Positions 1 through 8,073 of a stretch of 16,030 nt of DNA are shown here, piece by piece. Each line of letters opens with the position of its first letter. The stretch's first letter is position 1. The position numbers were made by a program, and so were the translations under genes. Origin of the DNA: Leptolyngbyaceae cyanobacterium (lineage in GTDB: Bacteria; Cyanobacteriota; Cyanobacteriia; Phormidesmidales; Phormidesmidaceae). Location of the stretch: positions 1 to 16,030 of the forward strand of contig JBHJHA010000071.1 of the NCBI GenBank assembly GCA_050331235.1, in the 5' to 3' direction. Under the pieces are notes generated by a model. That model was not told where the DNA came from. It was given only the letters and a program-made list of their open reading frames with translations, and did not search any database.

Positions 1-224
1 TGGCGAGATGTGAATTTGGTCTGGTGAGTGAGGACACTGTTTTGCATAGCCAAACAGCGAACGTTTTACCCTTTTGTCAAACTCTAGGCTCGCGATGGTT
101 CCCTATCTCCAAGCACTTTGAACCTGAGATCTTCAAAACAAATTTTTCTGGCTCGCCTGCTGAATCCCTGTATCCGGCACTTTTATCTCATACTGCATCG
201 TACCCAAAATCCCCACTCCTACCC

Positions 225-848
225 ATGCAACCTATCAACGTTCTTCCTAACATTACTCTCCAGTCCCACGGCGTGGTCTCTGAGCAATTTCTCCAGCGCG
301 ATTTGAAGACCTTTTATGAAGCGTGTCACTGGACAAAGAATCTGCCCTACGGCAAGAACTCAAACAATGAAGACTCTTTGATCTTGTTTGAGGAAGGCTG
401 TGGCACCTGTACCACCAAGCATGGCGCGATCGCTCGTTTGGCTCAGGAGCACAACTTGCCCATCTATAAAAAACTTGGCTTCTACCGTCTCAACGACGAG
501 ATTGTGACTGGGGTTGACTCGATCTTGGCGGCTTACGGTCTTGACTTTATTCCTCAGATTCACTGCTTCTTGGTCTATGAAAACTGTCGGGTGGATCTGA
601 CCGAGGGAAACTGCAATGGCAAAAACAAAACCATTGAGGACTATGACTACATCGTGCAGGTAGAGCCAGATCTGTCAGCCGGGGAGCACCAAGCCTATTA
701 TTTGGAATACCTACGGCGATATGCTGACCGCTTTGCGCAAATCGCGGCCCTGAACGAGGCGACAATTCTCACAGCCTTGGCTGAATGCGATCGCCAATTG
801 AAATATCAGTGCTCTATCTTTGCTCAAGCCTTGACCACGGCTTTGTAG
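225..848 (+). CDS. Cys-rich hypothetical protein with a transglutaminase/papain-like Cys-His-Asp arrangement (207 aa from ATG 225)
   Basis: Motifs LPYG..GTCTTKH (Cys62), IHCFL (His113) and RVDLT (Asp124); 8 Cys. The frame is open back to the window edge (ORF track starts at GTG 24), but the upstream part is Pro/Ser-rich and resembles no family I know, so ATG 225 is preferred. Confidence 0.7.
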   Translation: MQPINVLPNITLQSHGVVSEQFLQRDLKTFYEACHWTKNLPYGKNSNNEDSLILFEEGCGTCTTKHGAIARLAQEHNLPIYKKLGFYRLNDEIVTGVDSILAAYGLDFIPQIHCFLVYENCRVDLTEGNCNGKNKTIEDYDYIVQVEPDLSAGEHQAYYLEYLRRYADRFAQIAALNEATILTALAECDRQLKYQCSIFAQALTTAL

Positions 849-1014
849 CTGATCACTCGTGAGCCATCTCGACCCACATTTGCAGCGCTGAGCATTCCAC
901 ATCTAAGTTCCTGCAAGCCACGAGTGACGAACCTTTCCCATCTGATTGCCGATACGGCAGGGAGATAGGCTTTGAGATAATTTTGAGTAGTCTTTTTTCG
1001 TACCCACGAGACTT

Positions 1015-1659
1015 ATGAGCTTCGACCACAAACCACGTATCTTGTTTTTGTACGGCTCGCTGCGCGAGCGTTCTTACAGCCGTCTACTAGCCGAAGAAGC
1101 CGCCCGCATCATCGAAGACTTTGGCGCAGAGGTCAAGTTCTATAACCCTCGAGGGCTGCCTTTGCACGGAGCTGAGCCCGATACCCATCCCAAAGTGCAA
1201 GAACTGCGCGAGTTATCCCTTTGGTCGGAAGGTCAAGTATGGTCGAGCCCAGAACTGCACGGCAATATTTCTGGGCTGATGAAAACTCAGATTGATTGGA
1301 TTCCCTTGACGATGGGGGCAATTCGTCCAACTCAAGGTCGCACCCTTGCTTTGATGCAGGTTTCCGGGGGGTCTCAATCGTTTAACGCGGTCAATACCAT
1401 GCGTCTCCTGGGGCGCTGGATGCGCATGTTTACCATTCCCAATCAGTCGTCTGTGGCCAAGGCCTATCAGGAATTCCATGAAGATGGTGCGATGAAAGAA
1501 TCGTCCTATCGCGATCGCGTTGTTGACGTGATGGAAGAACTCTATCGGTTTACCCTGTTGCTGCGAGACAAAACAGAAGAACTGACCGATCGCTATAGCG
1601 AACGCAAGGCTCAAGCCGCTGCGGAAGTCGCCCAAACTGCTCAAAAAGCTCTCGATTAA
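1015..1659 (+). CDS. arsH: Arsenical resistance protein ArsH (NADPH-dependent FMN reductase family)
   Basis: ArsH motifs [73 protein letters not shown] and [15 protein letters not shown]. Confidence 0.96.
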   Translation: MSFDHKPRILFLYGSLRERSYSRLLAEEAARIIEDFGAEVKFYNPRGLPLHGAEPDTHPKVQELRELSLWSEGQVWSSPELHGNISGLMKTQIDWIPLTMGAIRPTQGRTLALMQVSGGSQSFNAVNTMRLLGRWMRMFTIPNQSSVAKAYQEFHEDGAMKESSYRDRVVDVMEELYRFTLLLRDKTEELTDRYSERKAQAAAEVAQTAQKALD

Positions 1660-1814
1660 CAGTTTGGCTACAACTGAGAGAGCGTTAGGTGTTCAGAGGT
1701 CAGGGCACAGTAAACATTACTTGGGTTCAAAAGATTGGCAGTCATCCACCGCTAATCAAGCTTGCTTACCCAGGGGGCATATTTTCGCCGATAAACCTGC
1801 CCCCTTATGTCGGC

Positions 1815-2303
1815 TCAGGCAGCCATGGGCCAATCTTCGATAAAGCCATGACGCTGGGGTGCAAGTCCTGAGTTAAGTAACTGCCGGAGCCGAGGAATGT
1901 CACCACTGTTGTATACGCGAAACTCGTTTTGAAGGCTGGCATGGGCGCTCCGCACAGCTTGGTTGATCACCAAAGAACCACTGGGATCAGAGACTGAACG
2001 GTGAAATGTCCCGGGTGGCAAGCGCAAGATGTGGCGATTTGCGTCTAGGCGTACTTCATGGAAGGGGTCGTCCCAGGCAAAATTGACGAGATAAAAAGTG
2101 CGTCCCCCAGATACGGCTAGCAAGTTATCTTCCTGGTTGGGATGCAGATAAAATTGCCAATCTCCCGTTGCCGAATTGTTGGGGCTTGTTGCTGGCCCAT
2201 CGTGAAATACTAGATCGCGAGCATTGGAAGATTGAATAGTGATATCAAAGAACTGAACACTGGGCGTATCACGGAAACGGTGGAAGGAGAGGAGTTCAAA
2301 CAT
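1815..2303 (-). CDS. RmlC-like cupin-fold protein of unknown function
   Basis: 162 aa with cupin motif 1 (FYLHPNQEDNL) and motif 2 (LRLPPGTFHRS); divergent from the LysR gene. Confidence 0.8.
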   Translation of the reverse strand: MFELLSFHRFRDTPSVQFFDITIQSSNARDLVFHDGPATSPNNSATGDWQFYLHPNQEDNLLAVSGGRTFYLVNFAWDDPFHEVRLDANRHILRLPPGTFHRSVSDPSGSLVINQAVRSAHASLQNEFRVYNSGDIPRLRQLLNSGLAPQRHGFIEDWPMAA

Positions 2304-2353
2304 GGCAACCTGTCAAAATCAGCATGGCATCAGCTTGCCCGACAACCTAGCGC

Positions 2354-2415
2354 TGATCTTTAAGAGAGATCAAAACCCTCCGCGGTTACTATTTATTCGC
2401 TAAGCGAATAGATAG
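2354..2415. promoter_or_regulatory. Two LysR-type operator palindromes in the divergent promoter region
   Basis: CTAT-T-TATTCGC-TAA-GCGAATA-G-ATAG (2389-2415) contains T-N11-A at 2396-2408. TGATCT-N7-AGATCA (2354-2372) contains T-N11-A at 2357-2369 and overlaps a possible minus-strand -35 TTGATC (2373-2368), 18 nt from a possible -10 TAGGTT (2349-2344). Confidence 0.65.
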
Positions 2416-2420
2416 CTGCC

Positions 2421-3284
2421 ATGAACATTCATCAGTTGGCTGTACTCGCGGCGATCGCTCGCGAAGGCACATTTTCCAATGCTGCCTTGGCCCTCGATAC
2501 ATCACAAGCGGCGGTAAGTCGGGCGATCGCGGCCTTGGAAACCGAGCTTGGCGTCCCCCTGCTCAATCGGGGCCGCTTTGGGGCAAAACTGACCCGTGTC
2601 GGCGAGCGGGTATTGACCCATGCCCAAGGCATACTGGAATTGCGGGAGCAGATTGACTATGAGGTCAATTTAGAAAAAGGGTTATACGCTGGTCGCCTGA
2701 GAATCGGTTCGTTTCGCAGTGCCGCAACACATTTATTGCCAGCAATTCTGGCGCAGTTTTGTGCTAAGTTTCCCCGAGTCGAAGTGAGCTTGGCTGAGCT
2801 TGATCCGGCGGGGGTAGAACTGGCCCTGCGCGAGGGACAGGTGGATATGGGGCTAGTCCCCTTGCCGCGCTCAGAGGAGTTTCGCGTGTGGGAAGTTGCG
2901 CGCGATGAATATGTATTGCTGCTGCCGCGACATCAAGAGGCTTTGCCTGCCAACCTGACCTGGGCGGATCTCGCGAATTACAATTTTGTGCTCTACAACT
3001 ATGCCGAATGCACCCATGTAGTGCGGGAGCACCTAAACCGCTGGGGGCAAAAACTGCAAATCACCTATGCCGTCAAAGAAGACTCAACCATTGTCAGCAT
3101 GGTGGCCCAAGGGTTGGGAGCTGCCATCTTACCTCGGCTCGCGGCCTTGCCAATTCCTGAGGGCGTGCAGGTGCGATCGCTCCCTGAGCCCTTAGAGCGG
3201 ATTATCGGTGTGGCTACCCTAGCCCAAACTCCTCATTCACCCGCGGCTGAGGTTTTCATCTCAATGCTCCGGGAGAGTCCCTGA
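2421..3284 (+). CDS. LysR-family transcriptional regulator
   Basis: N-terminal HTH (GTFSNAALALDTSQAAVSRAIAALETELGVPLLNR) and C-terminal substrate-binding domain (GRLRIGSFRS..SMVAQGLGAAILP); 287 aa. Confidence 0.95.
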   Translation: MNIHQLAVLAAIAREGTFSNAALALDTSQAAVSRAIAALETELGVPLLNRGRFGAKLTRVGERVLTHAQGILELREQIDYEVNLEKGLYAGRLRIGSFRSAATHLLPAILAQFCAKFPRVEVSLAELDPAGVELALREGQVDMGLVPLPRSEEFRVWEVARDEYVLLLPRHQEALPANLTWADLANYNFVLYNYAECTHVVREHLNRWGQKLQITYAVKEDSTIVSMVAQGLGAAILPRLAALPIPEGVQVRSLPEPLERIIGVATLAQTPHSPAAEVFISMLRESP

Positions 3285-3480
3285 GCCAGTTCACCGAATG
3301 TGAAGATTCAATTCAGATGGCCCATCAAAATGTGTAGGTCAGAGTTTAGCCCCAAATACAACGTTCCGAAGATTGCTCAGGCATACTTTGAACCTTAAAC
3401 CCGATACCTTGGGCCAGCCCTCTAGCAGTTAGTGTTAATTTCCTGAATGTTGAACATCGCTGTAGCGATCGGAGGCTGAT

Positions 3481-3921
3481 CTAGCCGTCTTGAAACAGCC
3501 GCTCAAAGTCTGACTGGATGGATGGAGGTAACCGGCGCAATACTTTGCGCTGCACGTGATCAACAGGTACTAACGTTACCTGGGCCGATACACAAAGGTC
3601 TTGAGTCTCCTGATTGACAATTTGATAATGCCAAACAATTCTGACACCCTTGCGAGTAACCCAGGCTTTCACAAGGACTACTGCCCCCAGTGTGAGGGAC
3701 TGGTGGTACCGCAACGATAAATCAACTACAGGCAAATCAACTCCAGTGCCAACCCAGTGGGCAAACTCAATGCCTTGGGTGCGCAGATATTCGACTCGGG
3801 CCTCCTCGAGCCAGGCTACGTAGGTCCCATGCCAAACGATACCGGCATAGTCAGTATGGTGCGGCTGCACTCTAATGACATATTCAAATGCGCGATTCAC
3901 AGCCAGCTCAGAGAGAGACAT
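3481..3921 (-). CDS. Acyl-CoA thioesterase, 4-hydroxybenzoyl-CoA thioesterase/YbgC hotdog family
   Basis: VRVQPHHTDYAGIVWHGTYVAWLEEARVEYL-type region matches the D-x-x-G-x-V-x-H family signature; 146 aa. Confidence 0.88.
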   Translation of the reverse strand: MSLSELAVNRAFEYVIRVQPHHTDYAGIVWHGTYVAWLEEARVEYLRTQGIEFAHWVGTGVDLPVVDLSLRYHQSLTLGAVVLVKAWVTRKGVRIVWHYQIVNQETQDLCVSAQVTLVPVDHVQRKVLRRLPPSIQSDFERLFQDG

Positions 3922-4153
3922 CGTAAGTAATAACTCATCGCTGTGCTCAGATTAGCAGCCTGATAACAGGCTTCAGGCTGGATTAATTGGGTTACTACGA
4001 ATTATGAAATCGTTCAAACCTGCGTGAAGCCAGATGTCTATTATTGACATGGGGCGTGTAGCCCTTATTTGGCAAGGGTTTTCGACTACACCGCCACGCA
4101 TCACATGTTTATCCAAAACGCTAATTAGAGACGACATATTCTTTGAGGTCATC

Positions 4154-5008
4154 ATGATCGAAAAAATTCTGCTCGCTGATTCCGGCACTGGCAACACCGA
4201 AGCCATGATGAAGGTACTCATGGAAATGCCGTTGATTCAGCGAGCCGCGATAACTGTACTACACGTGGTGCCTTCTCAAGTCTCCGCCGAAGGGATGACC
4301 GCGAAGTGGGAGGCCGGGGGGCGTACGCTGGCTGAAGCCATCAAGACGCTAGATTTGGATCCCACCCATGTCACGGCTATGCTACGAGAGGGTGATCCTA
4401 AAGATGTTGTGGTCAAAGTAGCAGATGAAATCGATGCTGACCTCATCATCATGGGCTCTCGTGGTCTTCAGGGACTAAAAGCCATTCTGGAAAACTCCGT
4501 CAGCCAATACGTGTTTCAGCTTTCTTCGCGCCCCATGCTACTGGTAAAGGATGATTTGTACAGCATTCGCCCGATCAAACGGGTGATGGTTGCGATGGAT
4601 AAGTCTGACTCGGCCAAAGAGGGGCTGAACATCGCGATCAATTTGCTCAGAGATATCAGCGACAGTGAGTTACTTCTGGTCCATAGTGTTTCCAACCTTA
4701 AGGCTCGCCCCTTTGACGAAGTCGAGCCCGATCCCGGCAAAGACCCCGTCCTTAACGAAGCGGTAGCAGAGGCCAAAAAGTATGGTATTAAAACTGCGGT
4801 AGAAGCGCCAGAAGGGAAAGCCGGACGTCGTATTTGCCAATAGTCAGAAGACAAAAATGTCGATTTGATTATTCTCGGCTCCCCCGATCGCCGCCCCTCG
4901 ATCGCCAAGGGAATGCCAGATTTAGATCGTCTTCTCGGGGAGTCATTGTCAGATTTCGTCCGAGTTTACACACCCTGCCCCGTGCTCCTGACCCGTATTT
5001 GTAGCTGA
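4154..5008 (+). pseudogene. Tandem-domain universal stress protein interrupted by an in-frame TAG at 4841-4843 (nonsense allele, read-through or sequence error)
   Basis: ATG 4154 follows GAGG (4145-4148). Two Usp domains are present. After ...RRICQ-TAG the same frame continues SEDKNVDLIILGSPDRRPSIAKGMPDLDRLLGESLSDFVRVYTPCPVLLTRICS-TGA (5006-5008), which is the normal end of a Usp domain. The repaired length is 284 codons. Confidence 0.85.
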
Positions 5009-5059
5009 CGCTGGTTGTTTGCCTGTTTGGGAGTGGAGCTCAGCGAGGCCGGATGGGCA

Positions 5060-5093
5060 TTGGAGGTTGACTGATTCTGGTTTCAGTCTCCAA
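5060..5093. terminator. Hairpin between the convergent usp and hydrolase genes (possible terminator or 3' stabiliser)
   Basis: TTGGA..GACTGA (5060-5074) pairs with TCAGTC-TCCAA (5083-5093); no clear U-tract. Confidence 0.35.
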
Positions 5094-5102
5094 GGGCTTC
5101 AT

Positions 5103-6818
5103 TCAAAACTCTAAATTGCCGATCACTTCTTCCCCGTTAATCGCCTGCTCTAGAGCTTCAGGACGAAGATTCGGAATGAGACTTAGGGGATCTAAGGGTG
5201 ATCGCGCCACAGAATCTTGAATAAACTGTGACGTCAGGGCAGCTTCATAGCGCTGATCCTGGCGTAAATGGCGTTGGAAAAATGCTAATGCCAGGATTTG
5301 CAAATAGTCTTGGGCTAGCTCCGGACTATCCCCCAGTAGCGCAGGTGGCACCGGAATCGAGGGAACGGCTTCGGGCGCGAAGTCAATTACAGAAAAGTGA
5401 GTGGCCCCGCTGGCCAACGCCAAATATCGATGCTCCGTTTGCAGCCAAGTAAACGGCTCAATCTGCTCCGGCAGGGCTGGCGCTACGGTGTCTGCCGTTG
5501 CCGCCATGATGAAGGTGGGGATGCTAATTTGACTAAAGCCAGCGGGGCCAAAAATATCGCTCCCCACTGGATTAACCGCAAGAATTGCCTGCACCCGCGG
5601 GTCTCTGAGCACTGGTGACTCTGTCGCTACGGCGATCGCCTGGCACTGTAGCAGCAAAGAAGGATTGAGGTAATCCGGTTGGGGATTGCAAATGTCTACT
5701 AAGTTGTCGACGTCGTAGGTCGCACCGGCTAGTGCCAAAGCCGTATAGCCACCAAATGACTGACCGATGACGCCAACATTTTGGGTATTGATGCGATTGA
5801 CTAGGTCGGGACGTTCTCCCGCAAATTGCGCCACCACATCGATGACAGCCGAAACCTCTTGCGGCCGCTGAACAAACTCCTGGTTATTGATCAGCTCGGG
5901 GGTCAGGCCTGATAATAGCTGAGCGATTTGTGCACTATTACTACCGGGATGATCCAAGATGGCAACTGCAAATCCTCGTTCCGCTAAATAGGTTCCTAGG
6001 TAGCGATAACTCTCGCGCTCATCTCCCAAACCGTGGGAAATCACGATTAAGGGAATCTCATCAGGCAGAGATTGGGTAGGAAAGCGCCGAGCAGGAAAAA
6101 ATAGCGTAGACACCACTCGACGATCGCGGATATCTAACTGGGTTTCCCCGACTCCAAACTGAGGCAGTTCAAAAATCAGTCGCCGGGTGAGCGAGAGTTC
6201 TTCCAGCGGTGGTTGCTGAGCGGCCTCACCGGCTAGTGCGTGGACTAGGGCGATCGCCCGTTCGGCGTCATCCAGCGTCGCAGTCACGGCGCGAGCCACT
6301 TCGAGACCATTGCCAATATCGATACGAATCGCTGGCGTTGGGTATTTTTGCAAAAAGCTGATGATTGATAGCCCTGCGGATTCGTCGGCTGCCGACAAGA
6401 TCAGACCGCTGCGAATGGCATAAAATCCGGACTGTCGAGATGGTGTCTGAACAATATTGCCAAGCAATCGCAGTAGGGTACTGCCCTGTTCTGTGTATAA
6501 AAATTGAGCAACATCAACCTGACTAATCGCAGCCTGTTGGGTCAAAGCGCCGCGGATGGTCTCTAGCTCATCTGCCGTCAGGCCAACATAGTCCGCATAG
6601 GCCGACAGTTGGGGGCTGAGGGTCTCTCCGGCTGCAAAAGCCTCCAAATCTCGGATGGGAATGGTGCGCTCTAAAAAGCCGTAGCCAATAATGACTTCTT
6701 CGGCACTCCTGGCTGGTGGATTGACCAAGCTGAGAGCCAGGCCAGCGAGGGCGATCGCCTTCAGGACACGTTTCCCGGTACGGTTGGGAAGTTTTTGCAT
6801 CAGAGGGGCCAAGTTCAC
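5103..6818 (-). CDS. Alpha/beta hydrolase with N-terminal signal peptide and DUF1400-like domain (predicted dienelactone hydrolase-like)
   Basis: Signal-like RVLKAIALAGLALSLVNPPARSAEE, then ERTIPIRDLEAFA; VISHGLG, nucleophile elbow GQSFGG, ADTVAP and GATHFS complete a Ser-Asp-His triad. The start may be GTG 6818 or a nearby downstream ATG. Confidence 0.87.
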   Translation of the reverse strand: MNLAPLMQKLPNRTGKRVLKAIALAGLALSLVNPPARSAEEVIIGYGFLERTIPIRDLEAFAAGETLSPQLSAYADYVGLTADELETIRGALTQQAAISQVDVAQFLYTEQGSTLLRLLGNIVQTPSRQSGFYAIRSGLILSAADESAGLSIISFLQKYPTPAIRIDIGNGLEVARAVTATLDDAERAIALVHALAGEAAQQPPLEELSLTRRLIFELPQFGVGETQLDIRDRRVVSTLFFPARRFPTQSLPDEIPLIVISHGLGDERESYRYLGTYLAERGFAVAILDHPGSNSAQIAQLLSGLTPELINNQEFVQRPQEVSAVIDVVAQFAGERPDLVNRINTQNVGVIGQSFGGYTALALAGATYDVDNLVDICNPQPDYLNPSLLLQCQAIAVATESPVLRDPRVQAILAVNPVGSDIFGPAGFSQISIPTFIMAATADTVAPALPEQIEPFTWLQTEHRYLALASGATHFSVIDFAPEAVPSIPVPPALLGDSPELAQDYLQILALAFFQRHLRQDQRYEAALTSQFIQDSVARSPLDPLSLIPNLRPEALEQAINGEEVIGNLEF

Positions 6819-6913
6819 GATGAACGCGCTTTATTGGACGCATTAAAGACATTCCCGCTAGCCCATCGAGATTACAGGGCTTTGATTAGCGGGACTACTT
6901 ACCATTACAGACC

Positions 6914-7393
6914 TTAAGCAGGGGTTTCCTGAAGCAAACTATCTAAAAAGCCTTCACAGGCATCCATCAGCAAATCGACTACGTAACGAAATCCATCGGC
7001 TCTGCCATAGTAGGGATCAGGTACCTCAGTATCAGAGTGATGGCGACAAAAGTCACAAATTTTGCGAACTTTGTCGGTGTATTGTCCCGTCGGATCCAGG
7101 CGCAAGATATCGCGATAATTATCGTCATCCATGGCCAAAATCCAATCGAAGGTCGCCAAATCCTCCGCTTTGAGCTGCCGGGCTTGGCCCACGAGCTCAA
7201 TTCCCTGCTGACGAGCGGCCTGTGCCATTCTGCGATCCGGCGAGCTGCCGATGTGATAACTCGAGGTCCCCGCCGAATCACAGCTAAAACGGTGGGTAAG
7301 CTGACGAGCTGCTAAGAGATGATTCATGATGTTCTCAGCAGAGGGAGAGCGGCAGATATTTCCTAAACAAACAAACAGTAAGCGAGTCGTCAT
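6914..7393 (-). CDS. Low-molecular-weight protein-tyrosine phosphatase
   Basis: P-loop FVCLGNICRSPSAE, DSAGTSSYHIG, ILAMD and VPDPYYG; start taken at ATG 7393 (MTTRLLF). Confidence 0.93.
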   Translation of the reverse strand: MTTRLLFVCLGNICRSPSAENIMNHLLAARQLTHRFSCDSAGTSSYHIGSSPDRRMAQAARQQGIELVGQARQLKAEDLATFDWILAMDDDNYRDILRLDPTGQYTDKVRKICDFCRHHSDTEVPDPYYGRADGFRYVVDLLMDACEGFLDSLLQETPA

Positions 7394-7476
7394 AGCTGTC
7401 TCTCTCAACGGCAACGAGATGCTTCAACGGCTAGTGGATGACAGTACGAATCACGCGACGGATCTTGTTGTCACAG

Positions 7477-7500
7477 GCAGAAACCGCCGGCGGTTTCTGC
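7477..7500. repeat. Perfect 24-bp palindrome downstream of ybaB/ebfC
   Basis: GCAGAAACCGCC|GGCGGTTTCTGC read directly from the sequence. Confidence 0.85.
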
Positions 7501-7533
7501 AATCTGACCTAGCCCAGGAACCAGAAAAAACGC

Positions 7534-7881
7534 TTAGCCTAGATTGGGAAGATTGAGGCCACCGGTCAAAGACTCCATCCGATCTCGCATTGTCTCGGTC
7601 GACTTCTGATAAGCATCTTGCATCGCCGCGCCCACGAGATCTGAGAGGACCTCTGCACCTTCTTGGAGAGCTTCCGGGGAGATTTCCACGCGGCGAGGTT
7701 CTTGGTTACCACTGACAAAGACTTTGACAAGACCGCCTCCAGCTTGGCCTTCAATTTCCATCGCTTCCAGATCTTCCTGGAGTTGTTTGGCCCCTTCTTG
7801 GATTTGTTGTGCCTTTTTGACCGCGTCGGCTAACTCCTTCATCTTGCCTAAACCGAAGCCGAATCCTTGTCCTTGAGACAT
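7534..7881 (-). CDS. ybaB: YbaB/EbfC family nucleoid-associated protein
   Basis: [63 protein letters not shown] ribosome-binding-like sequence upstream. Confidence 0.94.
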   Translation of the reverse strand: MSQGQGFGFGLGKMKELADAVKKAQQIQEGAKQLQEDLEAMEIEGQAGGGLVKVFVSGNQEPRRVEISPEALQEGAEVLSDLVGAAMQDAYQKSTETMRDRMESLTGGLNLPNLG

Positions 7882-8073
7882 GGCGGTTCTCTCTCCTTTG
7901 TCTGAATGATGTCGAATTATTCGATTCTACAGTGCTTTGCAGGTTTCATTCTGTCAGGAAAACCGCCCCTTGACCTGGCCTAAGACGCTCATAGACATAG
8001 TCTTTTGTATCGCTGGCAAGATTGCCTACCGAGACCCTCAGCTGTAGTTCCCTGCCTCTGCCGGGAGGTGAGC

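Noticed and set aside
3..224. N-terminal extension of the first ORF (frame open from the window edge)
   Set aside because: Pro/Ser-rich with no recognisable motif. It cannot be excluded without upstream sequence, but ATG 225 gives a compact domain.
3481..3921. Thioesterase as the phylloquinone-pathway DHNA-CoA hydrolase
   Set aside because: The motif fits the generic YbgC-like branch and no men genes are nearby, so a specific call is unsupported.
4009..4100. ATCGTTCA resembling the 5' end of the glnA glutamine riboswitch
   Set aside because: The downstream GGAAGTA and GAAGGAACG elements are absent.
4034..4153. Longer Usp start at ATG 4034
   Set aside because: The Usp domain begins at MIEKILLADSG (4154), which has a GAGG ribosome-binding site; the extension overlaps the candidate RNA structure.
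4841..4843. Pyrrolysine or genome-wide TAG recoding
   Set aside because: Several other genes in the window end normally at TAG (e.g. 846-848, 3481-3483, 8074-8076), no pyl genes are visible, and pyrrolysine is not known in cyanobacteria.
6914..7393. LMW-PTP as an ArsC arsenate reductase, given arsH nearby
   Set aside because: CLGNICRS with DPYYG is the tyrosine-phosphatase type, and the gene is over 5 kb from arsH in another transcription unit.
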